64,000 nt of DNA from Escherichia coli (GTDB taxonomy: Bacteria; Pseudomonadota; Gammaproteobacteria; Enterobacterales; Enterobacteriaceae). The stretch lies in assembly GCF_044647545.1 (NCBI RefSeq), contig NZ_CP172818.1; one strand, written 5' to 3'. A program made the position numbers and the translations under genes. Shown here in pieces: positions 28,009 to 38,320 of the stretch. Position 1 is the first letter of the stretch; every line of letters starts with the position of its first letter. Below the pieces are notes generated by a model. That model saw nothing but the letters and a program-made list of their open reading frames with translations, searched no databases and was not told the origin of the DNA.

Positions 28009-28818
28009 ATGAGATCGTTAGCTGATTTCGAATTTAATAAAGCGCCATTGTGCGAAGGCATGATCCTGGCTTGCGAAGCAATCCGCCGCGATTTTCCCTC
28101 GCAAGATGTTTACGACGAACTGGAGCGTCTCGTTAGTCTGGCGAAGGAAGAAATCAGCCAGCTTCTGCCTTTAGAAGAGCAGCTGGAAAAACTGATCGCG
28201 CTGTTTTACGGCGACTGGGGATTTAAAGCCTCACGCGGCGTTTATCGTCTTTCCGATGCATTATGGCTGGACCAGGTGTTAAAGAATCGACAGGGCAGTG
28301 CGGTATCATTAGGTGCCGTTTTATTATGGGTCGCGAATCGTCTCGATTTGCCACTGCTGCCGGTGATTTTCCCTACGCAGCTGATATTGCGCTTTGAATG
28401 TCCGGATGGCGAAATTTGGCTGATTAATCCTTTTAACGGTGAATCGTTAAGCGAACATATGCTGGACGTATGGTTAAAGGGAAATATCAGCCCGTCGGCG
28501 GAACTGTTTTATGAAGACCTTGATGAAGCTGATAACATTGAGGTAATCCGCAAATTGCTGGATACACTCAAAGCCTCGTTGATGGAAGAAAATCAGATGG
28601 AGCTGGCGCTACGTACCAGCGAAGCTTTATTACAATTTAACCCGGAAGATCCCTATGAAATTCGCGATCGCGGGTTGATTTATGCGCAACTGGATTGCGA
28701 ACACGTTGCGTTGAACGATTTAAGTTATTTCGTTGAACAGTGTCCGGAAGACCCGATCAGCGAAATGATCCGTGTGCAAATAAATAACATCGCGCATAAA
28801 CATATTGTGCTGCATTAA
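28009..28818 (+). CDS. sirB1: SirB1-family protein (transglutaminase-like / TPR-like)
   Basis: 269-aa ORF recognised as YchA/SirB1. Confidence 0.85.
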   Translation: MRSLADFEFNKAPLCEGMILACEAIRRDFPSQDVYDELERLVSLAKEEISQLLPLEEQLEKLIALFYGDWGFKASRGVYRLSDALWLDQVLKNRQGSAVSLGAVLLWVANRLDLPLLPVIFPTQLILRFECPDGEIWLINPFNGESLSEHMLDVWLKGNISPSAELFYEDLDEADNIEVIRKLLDTLKASLMEENQMELALRTSEALLQFNPEDPYEIRDRGLIYAQLDCEHVALNDLSYFVEQCPEDPISEMIRVQINNIAHKHIVLH

Positions 28819-28844
28819 TTAATCGACATTTTACTCAAGATTAA

Positions 28845-29708
<864 letters not shown>

Positions 29709-29731
29709 TCTTTTTTGCCTGAAAACTAAAG

Positions 29732-29759
29732 CCTTAGCGTTCTGCGTTAAGGTTTTTTT
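29732..29759 (+). terminator. Rho-independent terminator of kdsA
   Basis: Hairpin CCTTAGCG-TTCTG-CGTTAAGG (one G-U pair) followed by TTTTTTT. Confidence 0.7.
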
Positions 29760-29774
29760 CATGGGTGCCGGATA

Positions 29775-29813
29775 CAAAAAAGGCCGCAGGCTGTTACCCC
29801 TGCGGCCGTTTTC
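29775..29813 (-). terminator. Bidirectional-looking terminator hairpin at the 3' end of ldr copy 1 (part of the LDR unit)
   Basis: GGCCGCAGG-CTGTTACC-CCTGCGGCC flanked by an A-run and a T-run; repeated with one mismatch at about 30520-30557. Confidence 0.65.
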
Positions 29814-29856
29814 GGGCGCATATTGCCATCACGGCAGCCTGACGCCCGTTTTCACC

Positions 29857-29964
29857 TTACTTCCGGTTACGCCACCAGCTGACAATCACTGCGGTAATAA
29901 TTCCCGCCAGGATCGGTGCTGCCAGGTCGTGCCAGAAAGTCATGGCAAACTGCGCGAGCGTCAT
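29857..29964 (-). CDS. ldr: Type I toxin Ldr, 35 aa (MTLAQFAMTFWHDLAAPILAGIITAVIVSWWRNRK)
   Basis: Reverse-complemented and translated by hand; single hydrophobic helix with WWRNRK tail; the track's plus-strand ORF here is spurious. Confidence 0.85.
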   Translation of the reverse strand: MTLAQFAMTFWHDLAAPILAGIITAVIVSWWRNRK

Positions 29965-30015
29965 ATAGCCGCCTTGTTGTAATGACAACATTTTGCGGCT
30001 ATTCTTGAATTGTTC

Positions 30016-30081
30016 TGGTTCAAGATTAGCCCCCGTTCTGTTGTCAGGTTGTACCTCTCAACGTGCGGGGGGGTTCTCTTT
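30016..30081 (+). ncRNA. rdl: Candidate Rdl antisense RNA (antitoxin) opposite the ldr 5' leader, copy 1
   Basis: Position within the LDR unit plus terminator-like CCCCCG ... CGGGGGGG with U-rich tail; ends are approximate. Confidence 0.45.
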
Positions 30082-30289
30082 CCAGCAACCAATGCCACCA
30101 GGGATAAAGCCCCCGCAACATTGCGCCTCACCGGATAACGCCGGCTTGGTGTGGATACTACGTCTCAATTCATCTTCACTTCATCCCTGAAATGTTTGCA
30201 ATGAAGAGTGCATTCCGGTTTTTCAACAGCTGTTATTTCTTTTTACCCTTCCTTTCCCCCCCCTTTTTCCCACCTTTATGCCCTAAACA

Positions 30290-30450
30290 AATACTCATAC
30301 CCTTCAATCAAATTACCCTTATTTCCTCTCATCGGGTTCTCTCACAACAATCAGGATAAAGCCCCCCATTCCCTCCGGATACCCGGCTGGATATCGTCTC
30401 AATTCATCTCACTCATCCCAAATGTTCAAAATCATCCTCAACCCAGTCGT
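30290..30450. repeat. Degenerate partial LDR copy inside the spacer between the two intact units
   Basis: By-eye alignment to the distal part of the LDR unit (shared GGATAAAGCCCCC and CGTCTCAATTCATCT blocks); heavily substituted. Confidence 0.5.
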
Positions 30451-30599
30451 TTCATGAGTGCTCTGGATGATGCTTCCAGCTCGGGTTGCCAATATTTACT
30501 TGCAGAAGAGATAAAGACAAAAAGGGCCGCAGGCTGTTACCCCTACGGCCGGTTTCGGGCGCATATTGCCATCACGGCAGCCTGACGCCCGTTTTCACC

Positions 30600-30707
30600 T
30601 TACTTCCGGTTACGCCACCAGCTGACAATCACTGCGGTAATAATCCCCGCCAGGATCGGTGCCGCCAGGTCGTGCCAGAAAATCATGGCAAACTGCGCGA
30701 GCGTCAT
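30600..30707 (-). CDS. ldr: Type I toxin Ldr, 35 aa (MTLAQFAMIFWHDLAAPILAGIITAVIVSWWRNRK)
   Basis: Same frame and length as copy 1; one amino-acid difference (Ile9 instead of Thr9). Confidence 0.85.
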   Translation of the reverse strand: MTLAQFAMIFWHDLAAPILAGIITAVIVSWWRNRK

Positions 30708-30758
30708 ATAGCCGCCTTGTTGTAATGACAACATTTTGCGGCTATTCTTGAATTGTTG

Positions 30759-30825
30759 ATGGTTCAAGATTAGCCCCCGTTCTGTTGTCAGGTTTTACCT
30801 CTCAACGTGCGGGGGTTTTCTCTTT
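30759..30825 (+). ncRNA. rdl: Candidate Rdl antisense RNA, copy 2
   Basis: Same position in unit 2; terminator here is CGGGGG followed by UUUUCUCUUU; ends are approximate. Confidence 0.45.
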
Positions 30826-31112
30826 CCAGCAACCAATGCCACCAGGGATAAAGCCCCCGCAACATTGCGCCTCACCGGATAACGCCGGCTTGGTGTGGAT
30901 ATTACGTCTCAATTCATCTTCACTTCATCCCTGAAATGTTTGCAATAAAGAGTACATTCCGGCTTTTCAACAGCTGTTGCAGTGGTTTCGTGCAGGTTGT
31001 GGTACAGGCTCGCAATTCTGATTAACGACCTGTTCAGGTAGTATGAAGAAATACAATAAGCAGGAATTTATATTATCTCCCCCGATTTCTGTCATCAGAG
31101 GAGATATAACTG

Positions 31113-32213
31113 TCAGGCAAATATCGTCATCAAATAGGCGGCAAACAGTGCCAGATGCGCTGCGCCATTGAGCACGTTAGTTCGTCCGGTGGAGAAGGAG
31201 ATATGGCACAGTACTAAAGAGGCCACCATCACCACCATTTCTGGCGCACCAAGTGCAAACTGCAATTCGTTACCCGTCATAAAGGCAATTAGCGTGACGA
31301 CAGGTACGGTAAGCGAAATGGTTGCTAACACTGAACCAAAGAACAGATTCATCGCGCGCTGGACCTGGTTATTCAACACTGCTTTTAACGCACCTAAACC
31401 TTCCGGCGACAGAATCAACAGAGCCACCAGGAAGCCAGTAAAGGCGACAGGCGCATTCATGCTGTCGAGCAATGTCTCCAGCGGGCTGGCGTTCATTTTG
31501 GTGACTGCAATAACGGCAATCAGATGGATAATCAACCAGATAGCATGCCACAGGCTGCTATGGGCAGACGGTTTACCGTGGTGCGGGTCGTCATCATCAC
31601 TGTCATCTTCGTGCTCGTAGACAAACAAACTTTGATGCGTTTTGGTCTGGATCAGCAAAAATACGCCATACATTGCCGCAGAAATTAATGCTACCAGTAA
31701 CGCCTGACCGGTTGAAAAATTCGCCGCAGGCAGAGCCATTGGAAATACCAGTACGATTATCGCCAGGGGGAACAGCGCAATTAAATACTGCTTGATACCA
31801 AACAGATTCATATATTGGGTGGCAAACTTGCGTCCGCCCAACAATAATGAAAAGCCAACCAGCCCACCGGTAACAATCATAATGATTGAATAGAGCGTAT
31901 CACGCATTAGCGTTGGCGCGGCGTCGCCGGTTGCCATTAAAGCTGAAATCAAACTGACTTCAAGAATAACCACTGAAAGGCTAAGAATAAGCGAACCGTA
32001 AGGTTCTCCCAGGCGATGGGCTAATACGTCCGCATGACGGACAACACTAAAGGCGCTACTTAAAATACCAATAAGAGCAAGAAGATTGATGGCAATGACC
32101 ACTGGTAGTGTCTGGCTGCTTCCCCACAGGAACAGCACTACCAGCGCCAGAACCGGGAAAATAAGCGAAGTCTCCTTGTGGCGGGTTTTTACCGCCTCTT
32201 GAGCATTTGACAT
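31113..32213 (-). CDS. chaA: Ca2+/H+ (Na+/H+) antiporter, CaCA family
   Basis: ATG at 32213 (MSNAQEAVKTRHKE...) gives 366 aa; acidic DDSDDDD loop; longer track ORF rejected. Confidence 0.92.
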   Translation of the reverse strand: MSNAQEAVKTRHKETSLIFPVLALVVLFLWGSSQTLPVVIAINLLALIGILSSAFSVVRHADVLAHRLGEPYGSLILSLSVVILEVSLISALMATGDAAPTLMRDTLYSIIMIVTGGLVGFSLLLGGRKFATQYMNLFGIKQYLIALFPLAIIVLVFPMALPAANFSTGQALLVALISAAMYGVFLLIQTKTHQSLFVYEHEDDSDDDDPHHGKPSAHSSLWHAIWLIIHLIAVIAVTKMNASPLETLLDSMNAPVAFTGFLVALLILSPEGLGALKAVLNNQVQRAMNLFFGSVLATISLTVPVVTLIAFMTGNELQFALGAPEMVVMVASLVLCHISFSTGRTNVLNGAAHLALFAAYLMTIFA

Positions 32214-32482
32214 TATGGTTATCCCTTTGCAGATGAATTTATCGAAAATGTAAAAAATAGGTAGGAAAAATAACAGAAAGTGTCTGGATATCGGTAACAT
32301 TTTACGAATTTTTACCCCGCTGTCGATTTTTTACTCATCGGGCCATAAAAATAAGCAATGCGTTTAGACAATGTTTGTTTTAGCACTTCTTAAGAAGAGT
32401 CTGACATGAAAATTCTTATGTTTTGGCAAGAGTAGATGTTGTTGACCACACTTAATGTTCAACTTTGTAAAAGGAGTCAACG

Positions 32483-32713
32483 ATGCCGTATAAAACGAAA
32501 AGCGATCTGCCGGAAAGCGTAAAGCACGTGCTTCCGTCTCATGCTCAGGATATCTATAAAGAAGCGTTCAACAGCGCATGGGATCAATATAAAGATAAAG
32601 AAGATCGGCGTGATGACGCCAGTCGCGAAGAAACCGCGCATAAAGTGGCCTGGGCTGCTGTGAAGCATGAATATGCCAAAGGGGATGATGATAAATGGCA
32701 TAAAAAATCGTAA
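32483..32713 (+). CDS. chaB: Putative cation transport regulator ChaB
   Basis: 76-aa ORF recognised as ChaB; AAGGAG RBS upstream. Confidence 0.9.
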   Translation: MPYKTKSDLPESVKHVLPSHAQDIYKEAFNSAWDQYKDKEDRRDDASREETAHKVAWAAVKHEYAKGDDDKWHKKS

Positions 32714-32870
32714 AACCGGTAGCTTAGTTAAAGCTATTCGTGCGGTGTTGCCTTGCAAGTGGTCCGTGGATTGCATATTGTCCCGTTAGTGGTTTCAAAA
32801 TGAGCAGTAAAAATGTCCGGAAGACACCAAAAAGTTGTCGCAGGGAAGTATGCAGTGGCGGAGGTGTAAG

Positions 32871-33566
32871 GTGATAACGCGTGATTTCTTGATGAATGCC
32901 GATTGTAAAACGGCATTTGGTGCCATTGAAGAATCACTCTTATGGTCAGCAGAGCAACGGGCGGCTTCGCTGGCGGCGACGCTGGCTTGTCGACCTGATG
33001 AGGGACCGGTGTGGATCTTCGGTTATGGATCGTTGATGTGGAATCCGGCACTGGAGTTTACCGAGTCGTGCACCGGTACACTGGTTGGATGGCATCGCGC
33101 GTTTTGCCTGCGCCTGACCGCCGGGCGCGGGACTGCGCACCAGCCGGGACGGATGCTTGCACTGAAAGAGGGCGGACGCACCACAGGCGTCGCCTATCGA
33201 CTGCCAGAAGAGACGCTGGAGCAGGAACTAACCCTGTTGTGGAAGCGCGAGATGATTACCGGCTGTTATCTGCCAACCTGGTGTCAGCTTGATCTTGATG
33301 ATGGACGCACAGTAAACGCCATTGTGTTTATTATGGACCCGCGACATCCAGAATATGAATCTGACACTCGCGCTCAGGTCATCGCGCCGTTGATTGCGGC
33401 GGCGAGCGGTCCGCTGGGAACCAATGCACAATACCTGTTTTCACTGGAACAGGAGCTTATCAAACTGGGAATGCAGGACGATGGGCTGAATGATTTGCTG
33501 GTATCGGTAAAAAAACTGCTGGCGGAGAATTATCCGGATGCTGTGTTACGGCCGGGATTCGCCTGA
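32871..33566 (+). CDS. chaC: Glutathione-specific gamma-glutamylcyclotransferase (ChaC family)
   Basis: Start assigned to GTG at 32871 with GGAGGTG upstream, giving 231 aa; YGSL motif present. Confidence 0.85.
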   Translation: MITRDFLMNADCKTAFGAIEESLLWSAEQRAASLAATLACRPDEGPVWIFGYGSLMWNPALEFTESCTGTLVGWHRAFCLRLTAGRGTAHQPGRMLALKEGGRTTGVAYRLPEETLEQELTLLWKREMITGCYLPTWCQLDLDDGRTVNAIVFIMDPRHPEYESDTRAQVIAPLIAAASGPLGTNAQYLFSLEQELIKLGMQDDGLNDLLVSVKKLLAENYPDAVLRPGFA

Positions 33567-33609
33567 GTAAACTTCCCTCATAGTGGGGCGTCAGACGCCC
33601 CCTCAAACA

Positions 33610-33963
33610 TTAAAATGTGAGCACTTTATCGGCTGACAGCGTCCATTGCGCCAGTTCCACAAGAGTACCGATTTCCACCCCATCAATCAGAGGAAGTGTG
33701 CTAATCCCGCGTCCGTCAGTACAGGTTTTGCACAATTTCACCGGTACATTCTGAGCGGTAAGGATCTCCAGCATTTGCTGAATGTTGTAGCCTTCCCCTG
33801 GTTTTTGCCCGCGCAACCCGGCTGTGACCGCATCAGACATCAGGAACAGACGCAGATCCAGATTGTTCTCCTGCTCTCGTAACGCAATGGCCAGCCGCAA
33901 GCTGTTAAACAAGGATTCGCTCCCGTAAGGTGCGCCATTGGCAACGATCACGATTTTTTGCAT
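33610..33963 (-). CDS. ychN: DsrE/DsrF-like family protein
   Basis: 117-aa ORF recognised as YchN. Confidence 0.9.
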   Translation of the reverse strand: MQKIVIVANGAPYGSESLFNSLRLAIALREQENNLDLRLFLMSDAVTAGLRGQKPGEGYNIQQMLEILTAQNVPVKLCKTCTDGRGISTLPLIDGVEIGTLVELAQWTLSADKVLTF

Positions 33964-34011
33964 TATTTACTCCTGTATTCAGGGAATTAGACACTCATCT
34001 TCTATCTTACC

Positions 34012-34138
<127 letters not shown>

Positions 34139-34147
34139 ACCGACGTT

Positions 34148-35542
34148 TTGAGCCGTTTCGTTCCTCGCATTATTCCGTTTTATTTACTCTTGCTGGCGGC
34201 AGGCGGTACAGCTAACGCACAATCTACCTTCGAGCAAAAAGCGGCAAATCCCTTTGATAATAACAATGATGGTCTGCCGGATTTAGGCATGGCACCCGAA
34301 AATCATGATGGGGAAAAACACTTTGCTGAAATTGTGAAAGATTTCGGCGAAACCAGTATGAATGATAACGGGCTGGATACTGGCGAGCAGGCAAAAGCTT
34401 TCGCATTGGGAAAAGTCCGCGACGCGCTTAGTCAACAGGTTAATCAGCACGTTGAGTCGTGGCTATCACCGTGGGGAAATGCCAGTGTTGACGTCAAAGT
34501 GGATAACGAAGGACATTTCACCGGCAGTCGTGGAAGCTGGTTTGTGCCGTTACAAGATAATGATCGTTATCTCACCTGGAGCCAGCTTGGTCTTACTCAG
34601 CAGGATGATGGCTTGGTGAGCAATGTGGGCGTAGGGCAACGCTGGGCGCGCGGCAACTGGCTGGTGGGTTATAACACTTTTTATGACAACTTGCTGGACG
34701 AAAATCTTCAGCGAGCGGGCTTTGGTGCCGAAGCGTGGGGCGAATATTTGCGACTATCGGCAAACTTTTATCAGCCGTTTGCTGCATGGCATGAACAGAC
34801 AGCCACGCAGGAACAACGGATGGCGCGCGGGTACGACCTGACAGCCCGGATGCGCATGCCGTTCTATCAACACCTCAATACCAGTGTCAGCGTAGAACAG
34901 TATTTTGGTGATCGTGTTGATTTGTTTAACTCTGGTACGGGTTATCACAATCCCGTCGCGTTGAGTCTGGGATTAAATTACACCCCTGTGCCCTTAGTCA
35001 CTGTGACGGCCCAGCATAAACAGGGTGAAAGTGGCGAGAATCAAAATAACCTCGGGCTGAATCTTAACTACCGCTTTGGTGTACCGCTCAAAAAACAACT
35101 TTCTGCGGGCGAAGTTGCCGAAAGTCAGTCGTTACGTGGTAGTCGCTATGACAATCCGCAGCGAAATAATCTTCCGACTCTTGAGTACCGACAGCGAAAA
35201 ACCCTAACGGTGTTTCTGGCGACACCGCCGTGGGATCTAAAACCTGGCGAAACAGTGCCGCTGAAATTACAAATCCGCAGTCGTTACGGTATTCGGCAAC
35301 TGATTTGGCAGGGCGATACGCAGATATTAAGTTTGACGCCGGGCGCACAAGCCAACAGCGTGGAGGGCTGGACGCTGATCATGCCTGACTGGCAGAACGG
35401 GGAAGGGGCGAGCAATCACTGGCGATTGTCGGTGGTGGTGGAAGATAACCAGGGGCAGCGTGTCTCCTCCAATGAGATCACGCTAACGCTTGTCGAACCG
35501 TTCGATGCATTGTCAAACGACGAACTGCGCTGGGAACCGTAA
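34148..35542 (+). CDS. ychO: Invasin/intimin-family (inverse autotransporter-like) outer-membrane protein
   Basis: Longest ORF starts at TTG 34148 and encodes an N-terminal signal-peptide-like segment (LLLLAAGGTANA-Q); first in-frame ATG is at 34289. Start is uncertain. Confidence 0.75.
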   Translation: MSRFVPRIIPFYLLLLAAGGTANAQSTFEQKAANPFDNNNDGLPDLGMAPENHDGEKHFAEIVKDFGETSMNDNGLDTGEQAKAFALGKVRDALSQQVNQHVESWLSPWGNASVDVKVDNEGHFTGSRGSWFVPLQDNDRYLTWSQLGLTQQDDGLVSNVGVGQRWARGNWLVGYNTFYDNLLDENLQRAGFGAEAWGEYLRLSANFYQPFAAWHEQTATQEQRMARGYDLTARMRMPFYQHLNTSVSVEQYFGDRVDLFNSGTGYHNPVALSLGLNYTPVPLVTVTAQHKQGESGENQNNLGLNLNYRFGVPLKKQLSAGEVAESQSLRGSRYDNPQRNNLPTLEYRQRKTLTVFLATPPWDLKPGETVPLKLQIRSRYGIRQLIWQGDTQILSLTPGAQANSVEGWTLIMPDWQNGEGASNHWRLSVVVEDNQGQRVSSNEITLTLVEPFDALSNDELRWEP

Positions 35543-36193
35543 TCAGAAAATGCGCTCCTGATGCACCCATACCGCTGCTTCCACGCGAGACTTGAGCTTC
35601 ATTTTCTTCAGCATGTGCTTGACGTGCACTTTTACTGTGCTTTCGGTGATATCCAGGCGGCGGGCAATCATCTTGTTCGGCAAACCCTGGGCAATCAGCT
35701 TGAGAATATCGCGCTCGCGTGGGGTTAACTGGTTAACGTCGCGCTCAGTAGTGGCACGGTTTGCGCGCAAGCTGGCGGCCAGAACAGGCGTTAATGCTTC
35801 GCTTAATACCATTTCGCCAGCAGCTGCCTGATGTAACGCTTTCAGCAGATCTTCCGGTTCCATATCTTTTAACAGATAGCCATCCGCGCCGCGTTTCAGT
35901 GCGGTGACCACATCTTCTTCATGGTTAGAGACGCTGAATACCACAATGCGCCCTGAGAGGGACTTTTCGCGGAGTTTATCCAGCGTTTCCAGACCATTCA
36001 TGCCGGGCATATTGAGATCTAACAGGATCAGATCGGGATCAAGAGATTCCGCCAGTTCAATACCCTGTTCGCCATTACTCGCTTCGCCAACCACGGTGAT
36101 ATCTGGTGCCATACTGATAAGCTGTTTTACGCCAGTTCGCAGCATCGGGTGATCGTCGATCAGCAGGATAGTAGCCGGTTCCTGATTACTCAT
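35543..36193 (-). CDS. narL: Nitrate/nitrite response regulator (LuxR/FixJ family)
   Basis: ATG at 36193 gives 216 aa; start overlaps the 3' end of narX by 8 nt. Confidence 0.95.
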
Positions 36194-37982
36194 GGGTATC
36201 TCCTTGGACGTCTGTGAAAGTTTTTTCGGGAATAAAGGTGACAACCACTTCGGTGCCACCTGATTCACGACGGCGGACGCGGCAATCGCCTCGTAAACTT
36301 TGCGCACGGTCGCGCATTATTATCATGCCGTAGTGATTGCTGCGGATGGCATTTTCAGGCACGCCGCAGCCGTTATCCTGGACGGTCAGTTTGACCTGAT
36401 TATCGTTTTGCGCCACCGTCACCACGACCTCACTCGCTTGCGAATGTTTGAGGGCGTTACTTAATGCCTCACGGGCAATTTGCAACAAGTGGATTGCCTG
36501 ATGCGAAGGCACCAGACGAGGCGGCAATTGATAATCCAGCTTCACCGGGAAGCCAAATTTGGCGCTGTACTCTTCGCAACTCGCCTCCAGCGCCGGACGT
36601 AATCCAGGCTCGGTGAGCTGCAAGCGGAATGTGGTGAGCAATTCACGCAACTGCGCCCAGGATGCATTCAGTTCGTTACGGATCTGACTTAACAGTTCGC
36701 GGCTGCTTTCTGGCAGCGCATCGCCCTGCATCTGTAAACAACTCACCTGCATCTTCATGCAAGAGAGAGATTGGGCAATAGAATCATGCAGTTCGCGCGC
36801 AATGGTGGCACGCTCTTCCATCACGATCAACTGTTGCTGACGTTCCTGATGCCGATCCAGCGCCAGCGTGGCGGTGAGTTGTTCAACCAGGGTATCCACC
36901 AGTTGTTGTTGATCATGGCTAAGATGACGCCCCTGCGGCAGGGTCGCCAGCAAAATACCGTACTGCGTATGAGAGTCAGCCAGCCGCCACTTCAGGGTTG
37001 TACCGCGATCGCCAACGGGTAATACGCCGCGCGGGCAGAGCTGGCAGCCTTTATCATCACAAGTCATATCTGGCTGGCAGGTAAACTCCTGATGATTCTC
37101 TTCATCATCAGTATCATAAACCCGCAGTTCGATATCACGTAGCAGGGTTAAATTCTGTAAGCCGTTGAGTACCGGTGACAGGCGTTCACACAGCGGGGCG
37201 CGGGAATGCAAACGGCGGTTAGCCTGCCATAAAAAAGAGAGGATCTGATTTTTATGCTCCAGCCCGGCAGTTTTCTCCTGAACCCGCTGCTCAAGTACGG
37301 CATAACTTTCGGCCAGTTCTGCAGACATATTGTTCAATGCAGTTCCAAGCATCGCCATTTCGTTGCGCCCGCTGATGTTTGCGCGTTGGGTAAAATCGCG
37401 ATGGCTGACGGCACTCGCCATTGCCAGCAGTTGCCGCCACGGTTGTAGCAGTCGCGCCCGCAACCAGATAATAGTGAACACCAGTAAAAGTGCCATAAAT
37501 ACCGCCATTACCCGATGGACCAGTACCACTGTCTCAATGCGCATTTCCGTGGTGCGGTCAAAACCAGATACCAGCTGATCAAGCCCGGCAACAAACTGGC
37601 TGACATCCGCTGACACCGTTTCGCGGTTTTGTGCACGCATCAGCGCAGGGATCAGTTCATTACGCCAGTAATCTTGTAAACCCTGTAATTGCGCCAGTTG
37701 TCCGTCTCGTTCCGCTGCTCGAGTCAACTCGGCGCTAAATGCCGTTTGTTCCATTTCTTTAATTAAGGGCTTGTCTTTCTCGCTTAATGGCACTGCCGCC
37801 AACAGACGGTAACTTTGCATGCGCAGTGATCCCGCTTTGTTGATCGCATGGGCGCTGCCCTGAACGCCTTGCACTAGCCAGCCAGAAACTGCCATCCCTG
37901 CCAGTCCAATAGCAGTAGAAAGCAACACAATAAGCGCAACCTGATTAACCAGGGTGAGCGGAGAGAGACAACGTTTAAGCAT
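36186..37982 (-). CDS. narX: Nitrate/nitrite sensor histidine kinase
   Basis: 598-aa ORF with two TM segments, P-box, HAMP and HisKA_3/HATPase domains; recognised as NarX. Confidence 0.95.
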
Positions 37983-38247
37983 GTAAACCTCTTCCTTCAG
38001 GCTTTAAATGAGCAATAACCTTAATGAATGTGACGATACATTCTGGAATGGCAGTATTCTCGGCTATTGGCTGAAGTATACCCATACCCGGAAAGAGTTA
38101 CTCCTTATTTGCCGCGTGGTTAGTCGCTTTACATCGGTAAGGGTAGGGATTTTACAGCACCGTGAAAAATCTCATAATTTTTATGAAATCACTGTACTCA
38201 CTATGGGTAATGATAAATATCAATGATAGATAAAGTTATCTTATCGT

Positions 38248-38261
38248 TTGATTTACATCAA
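38248..38261 (+). promoter_or_regulatory. FNR box (TTGAT-TTAC-ATCAA) in the narK promoter
   Basis: Perfect match to the TTGAT-N4-ATCAA FNR consensus, about 60 bp upstream of the narK ATG. Confidence 0.8.
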
Positions 38262-38320
38262 ATTGCCTTTAGCTACAGACACTAAGGTGGCAGACATCGA
38301 AACGAGTATCAGAGGTGTCT

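Larger units (their letters stand above)
29778..30236. repeat. Long direct repeat (LDR) unit 1, about 460 bp
   Basis: Near-identical to 30520..30976 with a handful of substitutions; boundaries estimated by eye where similarity to the second unit ends. Confidence 0.8.
30520..30976. repeat. Long direct repeat (LDR) unit 2, about 460 bp
   Basis: Second copy of the 29778..30236 unit. Confidence 0.8.

Noticed and set aside
30236-30440. Possibility that the polypyrimidine spacer is a CRISPR leader or other repeat array
   Set aside because: No regularly spaced direct repeats with unique spacers; the similarity is to the flanking LDR unit, so it is better explained as a decayed LDR copy.
29761-30725. 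Plus-strand ORFs 29761..29982 (73 aa) and 30486..30725 (79 aa) in the LDR units
   Set aside because: The coding unit here is the 35-codon ldr toxin on the minus strand; the plus-strand ORFs run through the terminator hairpin and the antisense of ldr and are artefacts.
32477-32776. 99-aa minus-strand ORF overlapping chaB
   Set aside because: Antisense to chaB, which has a clear RBS and a recognisable product; no support for the antisense ORF.
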